DNA from: Takakia lepidozioides
Taxonomy: Eukaryota > Plantae > Bryophyta
Assembly (NCBI GenBank): GCA_030704615.1
Contig: CM060734.1
Coordinates: 42,222,001-42,286,000, forward strand
DNA: 64,000 nt
Reading direction: 5' to 3'
The notes beneath the pieces are model-generated. The model was not told the DNA's origin. It searched no databases and saw only the letters and a list, made by a program, of their open reading frames with translations. Made by a program: the position numbers and the translations under genes. The stretch's first letter is position 1. Each line of letters starts with the position of its first letter. Positions 34,608 to 47,144 of this stretch are shown one piece after another.

Positions 34608-36504
34608 GAGAACTCGAGTACGAGGATTCTTGGGTAAGCTATCTGGTTGAGTAGCCTCCCCATACTCAGGTTGCGTCACCAGTCCACTTGCTGTTCTTTG
34701 GTGCCAGTTCGAAGTAAAATTGTGACAGAATTGGAGTGGCAGGATTCCATACTCCACAATTTCACCGACAGTTATTGAAGTGTGAGAAATTTGTAACTTA
34801 CATGGACTGGAATTGAGATCTTTCCTGCTACCTTCGCCCTCATCTGTCTTGATACTCGTCACTACCAGACGGAACATGGACTCGCCCACAGATTTGTCAC
34901 TGGCAATGATACCATCATTGATCATTGGAAGCGGATCCAAGCTCTTAGTGCTCAGGCATTTGTAAATAGTGGTGCCAGCAAGTTCTGTATCCATATATTT
35001 CTGTAGTGCAACAAGTATGCCAACTACACTGTACAGGATGAAGGTTTTTCTCCCAATGAAAGACTGGTCTTTGGTGATGCATACTGTGATATGTGGTTCT
35101 CTCTTTGCAATGTAAAGCTTGTACTAATATCTTTAACCCCTGCTGTCCTGGAGAGATTTTGCAGACTTATTACCCAAGGATGGTGTGTTGGCCATCAAAG
35201 CTTTCAACTGGTAGTCTATAACTTATTGCTTGGTGCTGCTGGTGGGCTGGCTTTGTGGCAAGAAGGACTAGGTTGGCGCAAAACATGAACATCAAAATAC
35301 CCCATTGCTGGTGGGGGTGGTCTGGCGGATCGGAGCCACCGGTGATGGAGAGGAAACGGCATTGTCTTGTTTGAAGTGTACTTTCGTTGTAGCTTGGCAG
35401 GATTTCTACACCAACAGTAGCCCAACAGGAACACAACTGGAAGGTTTCAACATAACAAATGAACGATTGTGCAGACGTCGAGACTGTGGAAACTTACAGC
35501 GATGCATGAAAAGTGGCCCTTCAGTTATCAATGGAAAAACGACATCCATTGTGCTGCAGAAAAACCTGACGGAATAATTGTCCACAGCCTCTTCCAAGAG
35601 GCAAAATTAATCAGACTCAAAGTTACAAAGCCAACATCTGTTCTTCATAACCTCTTAATGCAAGCTCTCGATTTCTATGTTCATCTTCGCGGTCAGATCT
35701 GACCCCTAAACCATAGCCACCAGGTTTATGGCGATCATCTCCAGTCCTAAACCAAATTGGTGAATGCCACATACAATGTGCTCCATGCTGGCACAACAAA
35801 ATCAACTCACCCTTTCAATTTATCCTCCACATATCTATTATTCCCCGTCCTCAAATCAGTTCCCAGCTTCTGCTACTTGACATCCAAACCTCCCTTTCCC
35901 CCTCTTAGAAGGAGAACCTGCCTGGAAGAGAATCCACAGTTGATGGTACCTTTTGAAGGAAGCACCCTCTTGGAAGCAGAACTGCAACCCCCATTTTAAG
36001 AGGCTCGAGATTATGCTTCTCACAGCTTGGGCCAGAATCAATGCTATTGCCAAATGTGGGCGAATGTTGGAGGAAACCTTCATAAGCTGCTCCTCTTCCA
36101 TTCTTCCGCTCCTCCTTTTTCCGCTCGGTCAAAATTCAGTCTACGGTGCTAATCAACCTCTCTCTGTCTCTCTCTGCCTCTCTCTCGCTCTCTTATGAAG
36201 TTAGGCATAAAACTTTGTGATATGGGTGAGACCTTAAGGGTGATCTGAAGGGCCAACCTCCCCACGGACTAAATATTTAAACTCACACAGCAGATTGATG
36301 CTTGTGTGAAGGTAGTGTCCCCCTCATTCTGTCCAAACTGGGCACGAGGTCTCATATCTCTGTGTCTGCCTCTCTCTCTCGTGCTCAGTTCGCCTGGTCA
36401 GCTACAAGCCTGTCTGCCTCCCTTTCTAGCTCTCCCCCACTCTCCATCGTCCCCTAGGGTTGTGAATCCCACAGCAAAGAGAATCAACGGTGAAGAAATG
36501 TGAA

Positions 36505-39500
36505 TCAATCTCCTAGTTTCTGTCGCTTAGCTTCTGGGGCTTCCTCTTGGGTGCCCCCCATGTCGTCAGTGAGGGTTTTGCTCTCTGCACAAAGGGCCCC
36601 ATTAACAAATGCTGCACCATGCGATGCTATATGCTTCTTACTGAGGTGGCGCCCTGCCCTTGGCTTGGGGCCCCAAAACTCTTCTGGATTAGGCAAAAAT
36701 CGTGCCACCCCTGCCGCCAGTGCCTTGCTCATAGCGGCTGGCACTTTCTTGAAGTTGGCCTACCAAAGAATCCAACCCAGCAACCAATGTTAAAGGCACA
36801 CCCAATACAAGCATTACGTATCTGACCAATGAAAGCATCACTGAATACTCCAGTCTAAAGATGATAAGCCACTTGCAATAACATACAGGTTCTATTATGA
36901 AATCTACATTGCTGAACCTGTAGCAAGACCAGATCCAAATCCTATCCCTTTCAGCTAGATCATCTAGATATTAGTTACAAATTATGGTAGTTGCATTCTG
37001 TTGCAAATGTACAGTTTCTAAAAAGCTCATATAGCTCTCTTGTGCCCTGCACCTCCATCCCTAGCAAGATTAAGAGGTAAGTCACTAAACAGAAATGATG
37101 TCTATACACACCTCAATCTCTGGTTGCTTGCTCAAAATTACTCTGCCTGGTGTGTCCTCACCATGATCTTTAACAGGGTAATCCTTCACCTGCACCAACA
37201 ACTGTCCTATGTGAAACAGGTACTTCTCCTAACAAAGAGTAAAATTCAACTAAACAACTAAACAACTGAATTTGCAGCACTGATTATGCCATAGACCATT
37301 CACAAGTACAGATGAAGAGGAGAATTCCTGAATTGTTTCCCTTTTGAGGCCAACATACCCAACAGCGCATGATATCCCATAGTACATCCATCGGTGCTTC
37401 GGTCTTTAGGCCCAGAGGGTTTGCATGTGATCCTGAAATACGATACCCAGCGTTCACCACTGCTGAACGAAACAGGACGGATGACGGTGCTGTGCATTTG
37501 AGGGTAGCACTCATGGAGTGTAGGCTCACATACAGAGGTACATCCAATATCTCCTGCATCTCAGGAGACATTTCATATAAGAATATTTGAGATAGAGCGT
37601 CAAACATCATGCTGAATGTACAGCCTAATCGTCTCTCTCCGGGCACGGGGGTCTATGGCCACAAGGCCACAGCAAACAATGTCTTATGAGTACATTCGTT
37701 CTCTCTACAAGAACCAGAGATGTCTGCCCGCACATCTTCATGACTCTCTCTATCTTTGGGAATCTACTGTTTGATTTGTATTTTTAGGGCTCATTCAGCC
37801 CCGCTTTCTTCTTGTATTTTGATTTTCTTTTTGTCACATAAGCCCTCTGAGCTTCCCGTGGATGTTACAAATTTTCATGAGTACATTCTGTCCTCTCATA
37901 TTAACAATGTGATACAAGGCTTTGTCAGTGCATGTGATTAGGCATAACAACTAAGGACCAAACCACAGTTAGTGACGAAAAACAAATGAGCTTTCAGAAC
38001 ATTCCACATGGACATTTGGAAACACCCGATCACTTATAGCACCAAGGCCGAGAAAAAGAAAGTGCCCACCTCTGAAACTGCAGTGAGAATACTGTGCACT
38101 TTTTCGAAGGCTGGATAACGGTTCCTTATGTCTCTCACACTTGCGAGCATGGATGAAATCCATTCTGCATTGTGGATGGGGGCTGACCACATCGGACCCC
38201 CCATATTATGGTGTTTTCCACAATGTCTGCAGTCTGGTGAGATGACAGGGCCGGTCCCTGGTAAGTACCGCATATTGCCTGCCTTCAGCCGTTGAGACGA
38301 AGCCCCCCCACGATCCATTGCATCCAAGCACAATATGTCGACCATCAGAACATCTGGTCTTAGCAGAGAGAGTGCGAGAGAGGGAGAAAGAATCATAGGT
38401 TGCCATTGGCATAGGTTTCTGGGAGCAGATAGAATAAAGAGAGGAAGGGAGAAAGGGAGGGATGCAAGCAAACCTTAGAGGCAATGCGGCCAACAGCTTG
38501 CAAATGAAAAGAATCACAGCCGACACACTGATACACATAAGACAGCTTGCTTGGGGTCTCCTTGATGGCACTTGCTGACCTGCATGCCCATCAAGCATGC
38601 ATCACTTACACTCAAACTGTAAATCAGATATTGACCTGCTCAAAGTAGACGTGACAAATATTTAGATGGAATGGAAGAGGGGATTCCTTGTGAGAACTTG
38701 CCACCCAATTAGGTCAATTCCAATCACCCTGGGGCTGTAACTGCCTATGTCAGGCTTACAGCTCTAATCAGGCCATGAGCTAGTTCAAAACCCAGGAGCA
38801 CGTAAGATTACGTCCTATACATTCACTATCTGTGCTTGCATCTCATATGTTGGTTTTAAGGGCACACTCCTAGCATTAGTCTTAGACAACAACTTTTCTG
38901 TGACTTTTCAAGAGGCCAGGAGGTGCGCTGTGGCTGCAAATTCTAAGCTGAAGCTTGTAACAACATCTGCACCTACCGACCTGAAATTTGAGCCCAAATA
39001 CGTACGTGTAAATGCGCACGAAGACTCGTACATAGAAATCAACAGAGAGTGATAGAACAGGCACAATGTGGCGCTTGTAGCGATTTGCATGACTCTGCAC
39101 CCACAACAACCATTCTGCCTAAGGACAATTCACAGCCAATGTACTCTCCAATCTCCAATGATTATGACAGTTGGAAAGAAAGTGTTCCCAAAGACAAGGT
39201 GGGGATAGGGTAGATCACACTAAGCAATTTCTAAGGAGTGTGCCGCACATCGGGCATCGACAATCTTCCTCTCTGCATCTGTTTATCGCTCGAAGGTAGA
39301 CTCCCCACCCTGAGCTTAAATTTCAGTCTAGTGCCAAGGGTAGGTAGGACTCTTAAGGTATAAAAATAGAAAGAAAGTGAAACAGGGGGGGATAAAAATA
39401 CCATTGGCACTCCGTCCATGACTGACTGCTTCAACCGGACATTATATCCGTACCATACCTCCAAAATAACAGACCCCAATCAGCAACTATAAAGGAAGCA

Positions 39501-42057
39501 CAAAAAGTTTACCTCAATGCTTGCAAGCAAAATGCGCAACGCCATTTCATGACAGTATTTGCCTCTCAATGGGTAAGCACCATATCTGCATTCATCAACA
39601 CAAGATTCACCATCGAACTTGCCGCTTGAATACAGCCCTCTTCAAAAAGCTTTCCAAAAACATTTGACTAACCCCACATGTCATTGGCTTGCGGGAATAA
39701 ATGCCTATGTCAGAACAAACGCAAACACACCATAGAAGTTAAGGGGGTGGCAGCATTGGGCAAAATACATTATATTTCACTATGAAAATTGCAAACGGAC
39801 TCATGCTGAATATATAGAATGAGAAGGCTATTAAAACACAACTCAACAGACTGTCAAGAAAGAGGAGAAAAAAGTATTGAGTAAAGGCCACAAACTTAGA
39901 GTAGCAGACTTCGCCATTGTTCCCACATAGCACTGCCATGTCCGTTGCTGTGCACATAAGGAGGCCCCCGTCTGAAACTGACTGCACTGCTGAGTCCAAA
40001 AAGATGGAGGGTGACCCATATGGATCGAGGTCCACCTGAAACATATATAATTCCTGAATTGGTGGGACAACAGGAAAATGCCACAAAATGCTACCACAAA
40101 TGCCTTGACCTAGCCACCACTATTACCAGAAGAACATCCCCCTCCTGACTGGGTAACAATCTTAGTCAGTTCCATAGCAGAAGGTTCCCTTTGCAACCTC
40201 AAGCTCTAGCTTGTCACCAACATGAACATGAATTGGGGGAGGAGTGGAGGTGTTCAACAAACCCAGACTGGATACAGAGAAAGAGAGACAAGAAAAGCCA
40301 GTACATTGTATGAAGAGGTTTTGGAGAGAGATACAGGGTCTGTGTGTCTGCACAAGGACAATACCACATCGAATTCCTTTTCATGGGAGAGCATGTACAG
40401 GCGTGCATCTGCATTGAGGGCTGTCACTTTAGCCAATGCAACCTTGCCATTCAACCGTATGTTGCGTTCACACGCCTCCACTGCCACTGTAACACATACA
40501 GGTCAACTCAGCGCATCAACCTCTCTCTGCAATGGCCAGGACAGTCAACACCTAACCTGACCAATTGCATTGCACTGACCCCTACCCGGCCCGCTTCACT
40601 CTGTTCTCTGTTCTGTCCCTCCCATTTTCAGTGAGTATAATAATGCTATTACCATTCCTCATGACCATGCATGAAGCTGTCACCATGCCAAATTGCTTAC
40701 TTTATTGCAATTGGGCTCCTATAAGACTCTCAAGAAAGCACCCACATCCTTCATTTGCCCAGCAACCCCGCTTCCATTTTCTTTTTAATGTTGTAAACCA
40801 CTCCACCAACTTCAGAACCTTAACCCAGTCAATTGGAGATACCTTTATCATTGTCGATGGCAACGACGGAGCCAACCTCCTCTACTTCTTTAGCATAACG
40901 TAGAGCACGCAGTCCCGAAGCTGCCAATGCCTATATGCATCACAACCACAAACAAGGCCTCGTGAGAAAATAAACAAAGTAGCCTTGAGTTTAAGGACCA
41001 TGGCATGACTGATTGCTAGCATTCAAAAATCTATCAGAAGGTTTTATTGTACCCAAAACCAACCTCCTGTACAAGTAACCAAACATACATGTCCCTGCCT
41101 GCTCAAAACAATCTACAAACCACCTAATCATGGGGTCATCCAGCACTCATTTAAATGTAATGGCCCAGGTAGTTACTAAACTACTGCAAGGCATGCCCAG
41201 ATCATTATTCCTAGCCTACTAAATCTTTCTCATTTCCAACCTGGGAAGGGCTAAGGGTTTAGGGTTTAGGCTCTTTCCCAATAAAACCCCTCTATAGAGA
41301 AAGCAGAGCCAATTGAGCCAATTTTATCAATTAGCTCGGATAAACTTTGAGGGAAACATAACATGGCTTCACTTGGTGAAATTACATCTGATTACTTTGC
41401 ATTTAGGGTGGGTCCATAATTAGTCACTAAAAAATTCGAACAGTACAAGTATCTCGAAGAAATCCGCTGGTCACAGCTGAACTGAATCTATCTTGTACTA
41501 GATGAATGAACCAACAAATTCTCCTTCTCCTACAGTCGTAAACCCCTTTGTAAAATTACTGTACCTCAAGAACGTGTAGGGGTTTCGCTTTTGAGATTTC
41601 AGACACAGTGGCGTTGCTTGCTGTAGTGCCATCAGCAACTCTCTCACCCATTACAACCGGGTCTGTCTCAACAGCTGCGTCCTCCACATTCTGTTCCTTT
41701 CCCCCTTCTTGAGCCTCACCTTTGACGGCCACCGATTTTATATCGAGGGGTTCAACTGTACTAGGAGAGCCAGCAGAAGCCTGGGAATCCTGAGGTTGTC
41801 CACTCTGCTCAATTTGTCGAGTTAAGTTGGTGCGAGGAGTTGCCCTCTTGAGCGCCCTGCTCTTTTGTTCCTCCTGGCGCTTGGCAGCAAAGGCCCGCAG
41901 CACAGCTATCGAAAGATCTCTGTTCACGATCTGCCAACGCAATTGCACCCAAATTTATGATAGATAAATGCACTTATTGACCTACACCTATGAGCACGGC
42001 TTATGAAATACCCTTACTGGTATAATCGGCACGTGGTAGGGACCCAGATTCGCGTAG

Positions 42058-42101
<44 letters not shown>

Positions 42102-42300
42102 ATTCGTGGTATTGTACCCCAATTACCTGAGCTTTGTTGTAGAAAACGTCATTGCCGTGCAACAAAATATCTGCTTCCCCCTCTCTCAAAATCGTAGGAT
42201 CTGCAGACTTCTGGGCCCCCTTCTCCACTGGGCCGCCTTTCTTTCCTTTTCCATTTCCTCTTCCAATGCCGTTGTGTTTAGTGTCAGCAACCCCAGCCAT
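36505..42300 (-). CDS. TRM1: tRNA (guanine-26-N2,N2)-dimethyltransferase (12 exons)
   Basis: Exons 42300-42127, 41930-41565, 40930-40843, 40486-40365, 40035-39896, 39585-39513, 39094-39006, 38579-38474, 38282-38070, 37553-37359, 37189-37112, 36759-36505. Motifs [55 protein letters not shown]. Confidence 0.95.
42058..42102. repeat. Compound (CT)n(CA)n microsatellite in TRM1 intron 1
   Basis: Directly visible. Confidence 0.95.
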
Positions 42301-43287
42301 GGATGACAGACCCTCACCTCTTCAGGGAGTGTCAACCGGCAAAGGGTTAGGGACGGAAGAATGAAGCCAGGTGTTGAAACTACTCGGATTCCCTTTCTTC
42401 CAAGAAAAACTTGATGAATCCAGAAGCAAAAAACAACTCGAGACTTTCGAAACACAACACCGGCGGTGACTAGGGCATGGGGCAGGCCTCGGCACTATGT
42501 TCCAAGCCTGTTTTGGATAGTGCCGCCTTCCATACACTAGTCAGTACAATGTATGGGGGGATCAGCAGGTGGCCATACACTGTACTGTTTAGTGTACGGC
42601 GACACACTGGGTCGCCATACACTGATCACTGTATTGTATGGCGACTGGAACATGCCCTATTCCAATGTTGAATAAAAACACAGAAATAAATCATTTAGCT
42701 TAACAAATCTAATAATAATTGTAAGAATAATCTATATGGAAAATTTGAAACCCATTTAGTAATATAGAGACGACATGTTGAATAAAGACACAGAAATAAA
42801 TCATTTATTTTAATAAATCTAATAATAATAATAATATCTATATGAAAAAATTGAAACTGATTTAGTAATATTAAAACACTATCTTATGTTCCTCGTGAAC
42901 TATGTTTGATATATCTAGAGTATGTATTTGTTAGGTTTAGTTTTTATATTGTGTTTATGTTGGCTTTAAAAATACAAAATCAACTATGATGACTAAAATA
43001 TATAAACATATAATAAAAAAAAACATGGAAATATTTTTAAAATTAACATATGATATTTCAATCTTTTTCTTCAAATTGGCATCCATACATTTGATTTGGA
43101 TGAAGTTCATACTTGTTTAACCTAATCTCCATATGAACTCCCTTGTTGTTTTGTGTTGTTTTGTTTCTCTCTTCTAAGTGTTTGTCATCTCAATGTTAGT
43201 TGTTGTCCTAATCCCGGCTCAGAAATTTTGTGTGGCTTGTCAGAATGAGGCTGGTCAGACCATGGGGTCCGCCGTCTCATTAATACA

Positions 43288-46200
43288 GGAGCAAACTACC
43301 TTTTTTTGGGCATATGATTTACAACTACCTCCATGCAGGTAATTTTAGGATTTTCTACATGAAGGTAGTTGTAAAACCAAGCTGAAACTACCTTCATGAG
43401 AGTAGTTACATACCCACCTCCATGGAGGTAGTTGTAGTCGGCGCCTACCACGGGAACCACGTTCAGGGAATGGAACCTGAGACCTACATCGCCACATCGC
43501 TATTGACCTACCACCAGATCGCAACCTCCACCATGCCAACAGATTGTAGTTTTTTTCATATATAAGAGAAACGGGGCAATAAGGATCGTTTTAATGTAGT
43601 GGGGCCCGCTGTCAGGTCTTGTCCCTTCCCTTGTGCACCCTGTTGCCTCATTACGACGAGGCCACACAAAATTCTGAGGCCCTAATCCCAAAGCTAAAAC
43701 CCTACTTTTATTTTGTATGTTTTTTTGTCTCTTTGTCTAGTCTTCTGAATAACTCTCATTTCCTTCAAAATCTGGGTATTCTTATTTGCATGTTATATGT
43801 CAATCTAGTCTCATAGCTTAGTCTCATAGTTACAAGCCTTATTTTGCTTTGTCTATTCATCTTTGTCTTTGATATACATAGATATACCATTTCATCTCAT
43901 GCTTTTACCATTTATCATACAATACCCTTGAACAAATATGTAAGAGAATGTAGGGTTTAGGGAGTAGGGTTTAGATAATCAATATGGAAGATGACAACGA
44001 TCATACAAATGATGCATTTGTTTATCTCTCGGACTTTCAGGATGAGCTGGAATATGTCGCAAGTTTGGAGGAGATTTTTGAAAGTACACACATACATAGT
44101 GAGCGTCTTTCACCTCCCTTTTTTTATGAAGCATATTTTCAGCTTTCGGATATTGATGGTGGATTGGAGACAACACACGAATCTGAATTTGACGAGCACG
44201 AAGAGATCTATGGAACTTTCCATATTAACAATGATGTGGAACCATGTGCAATGGGTGACCACCCTTCTCTATGTACTTTCGGGAATATACAGATAGAACG
44301 TTCTCCAAAATTTATTCAATTTACATCTGGAAGTAGGAGCCTCATGATTGAATGTTTAGAGGCAAATGTTCTGCCAGCATTTGTACGAATTCGTGAAGTT
44401 GATCCCAATTTTCGACCATCTACTCATAATCATGGACGTCCTATAGATGCAAATGATCCAAAAGCCATCCTTGAAAAATAGAAAAATCTTCAATACAACT
44501 ATAAGGTGCATTATTTTGAAGGAGATAAGAGTTTAATTCCGAGAACTGATGCGAAAAATAGGCTTGAAAAATTGGGTGTCCATCATTGCCGAAGCTCACA
44601 TTCAAAATGGTGACAATCACTTACCATTGTATCAAACGTTTGCTACGGTAAAGAATACTTGGAGCACTGATGGAAGACAAGGTGGTATTCCACCATCATT
44701 TGTCAAACAATGTATTACATCATATAGGGTATGTTACAAGTCGTTTTGGGACGAGGTTTACAATGTTTCCCAAGAGTTTTGGAGATGACCCTTGATGAAA
44801 TTTGCACGAAACATGGTAGGTTGAGACGTGTGAAGTATGCAAAAACACGTGAGACGAAACACATTACGATATTTCAACGTCATCGAAGTGGAAAAAAATG
44901 CAATCGAAAATGGACCAAGAATGCCCCACAAGATACGTCACATGATAGATGGGCAAGAATATCAAAAAAATGCAATTTTGAGTTTTTCCTCAAAGTTGTG
45001 GTTCGTTTACAAGAAGAAAGGGACAGTGAGAAGACCAATCTTGAAGAACCAGTCACTATATATAATGTTCATAATAAGCATAGTGGACATCGTCCCGGGT
45101 CTGAGGGTGACAAGTTTTTTCTACCGGTGCATCCTAATGTGATTGCTTTTGCAATGGAGAATTTGACTCGAATGGTATCAACTTCAACGGTTGCGCTTGC
45201 AAGTACGAGGGAAGACCAAAACATTCAAGCTATGGTTTCCGAGTTGGAGCATGATACATACCGGTTTTTCCTCATTCCTAAAGAAGTGGAGCAATTGGCT
45301 TATTCAATGCGGTTGAATGAAAGTTTCTCGCTCGAGTGTACCAATCTGAACTAAGTTCAGCTCGAGAAAAAGTACTGTCAGTCACTGTATCTCAGGCTCA
45401 TCCTCTTCACTTTGAGAGTTCCAACCTGGGGAGTTCAGTCTTCAAATGTACACATTGGAAATCAAATCAGACCCAAATTTGGAGACCATCTCGATCAAAT
45501 TTAGCAGCTTAATGTTTAAGCAGGTGGATGCCTGGAAGTACTAACGCGGTCGTCAAATCAGTCAGTCGAGCCAAGGGTCGTCACCAGCACTGCACCAATG
45601 ATAAATTACATAAGAACACTTAGTGTCAATTTCAAGACTAGTGTTTGGAATAAAACGAGAAAAAAATAATGATCAATAAAGGAAGGCAAGTCATGGACTT
45701 ACGTGTAGTTGGAAGCCATCCTACAAACAACCTTGTATAATAATTGATATTCCTTTTGAGTCTCGCATGTTTATAATAAGTTGATGGATTGTGGTAGATG
45801 CATTGTGTGCCGACGATAATTGAGATGCCGCTCAAGTAGAAGTATCTAGACTTCAACAACAAATGAAGGTTATTTTTTATCAACCTTATTGTCCCACTCA
45901 TCGCGACCCAAGGAAAAGGCCATTTGTTGCGGTTATACAAGACGATTTCATGGCGACTAATGCTAGAAGCTTTTCTAGTAGACAATCATGGGCATTTGAT
46001 TCTACCTTCCAAACAAATCAATATGACCTTCCATTGTATGTGGCCGTTGTCCCAAATCAAACGGGTCGCGGCATGTCAGTGTTTTATATGCTATGTTCCA
46101 AAGACAAAGATAACGGACAAGAATGGATGACGATAAAGCTTGCCTTAAAGAGTGTGTTTTCCAATATTGGGAATGTGAGACCTTCAGTCATTGTCATACA

Positions 46201-46288
46201 CAAATGCAAGACAAATGTCAATTCCATTAACACGGTCGTGGGGGGTGATCCAGTGAGACCAAGGATGAATTATGGACGATTTTTCTGA
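43288..46288 (+). mobile_element. Degenerate Mutator-like (MULE) element: left TIR-like end and broken transposase
   Basis: GGAGCAAACTACC start with AACTACCTCCATG/GGTAGTT subrepeats. ORF pieces 43984-45354 include a C..HNKHSGH zinc-finger-like motif; 45863-46288 has WAFDSTFQTNQYDLPLY (MULE DDE first Asp). Confidence 0.75.
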
Positions 46289-46694
46289 TTTGTTAACAAA
46301 AATGGATGAATGATGATAAATGCAAATCATATTCTGTGGATGAATCACATGCTTTGTTTTTTGTTACAAAACAAAACATTCATAGAAGCTCTGGTCGAGG
46401 TTCACATTTCTGGGAGGAAGATGCAGCATGTTGGTTTTACTGTTTTCACAGAGATGTTTCTGTTTAGTCCTGCGAAAAACTTGAAACTTTCCATAGAGAG
46501 AAACTTTCTTCATGCCAGCTATTCCTTGGTGGAACCCTGTGACAACGTGTTCCGAAGCTTTACTGCTGGTGTTTGTTGCATTGTTATAATCATGCGCCCA
46601 TAAATGGCAGGCCACTGTGTCTCGGGCATTTCTATCTCAACTCCACACTTTTCCAGAGTTTGAAGGGAAGGGCCTCAGTTTCTTTTATGCATGT

Positions 46695-47144
46695 TTACTC
46701 TTTTCACCACAAGAACAAACCTTTGCTTGAGAGCAGTGAAAGGTTGGCATCTTGTACAACAATTGTTTGCCCAACAATCTTTGAAATGAGCTTGGTGGCT
46801 GTGTGGTGGTCACTACAGACACACGGGTTTTTGATGACAAGGGAGAGGCGTCCCGGGGTGGGGGGCTGGGGGGGCGTGGGTGTGCTGATCAGTGCAAACC
46901 AGCTTCTCAGTGTGATGCCGAAGATATTTCTTTCTGCTCCACCTCCACATCATGCGACACAAAGTGTGCGTCAGGCACGTAACAAGCCTCTTTAATCGGC
47001 CTGGACAATCTGTCCAACTCAGCACGGATGCGATTAGTTGAATGTATGCCTCTCAATGTAGCTGTGCCCTGACTGCTTAATCCCGCTTTCCTCCAAATTT
47101 TCTCATCTTTGCTTTATCGTGTCACCGAGGCGCAGACTAGATAT
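46695..47144 (-). pseudogene. Decayed E2/E+/DYW coding sequence downstream of the PPR stop
   Basis: Across frameshifts: SGHSYIE, IRAELDRL..IKEACYVPD..HDVE, HHTEKL, PGTPL..IKNPCVCSDHHTATKLISKI, QDAN, CSCGE. Confidence 0.85.

Noticed and set aside
34602-36200. ORFs between LEA_2 and TRM1, including the 130-aa minus ORF
   Set aside because: No recognisable motifs or splice chain; likely UTR or intergenic sequence.
41250-41270. Interstitial telomere (TTTAGGG), also near 43951
   Set aside because: Only about two units; common in plant introns and transposons.
42322-42537. In-frame upstream extension of TRM1 as a targeting peptide
   Set aside because: No in-frame ATG, and a TGA lies seven codons before the start; no evidence of read-through.
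42535-45643. Second complete CACTA element
   Set aside because: A CACTAG start with GCCATACA subrepeats is present, but the candidate right end matches only 8 bp and has no TSD.
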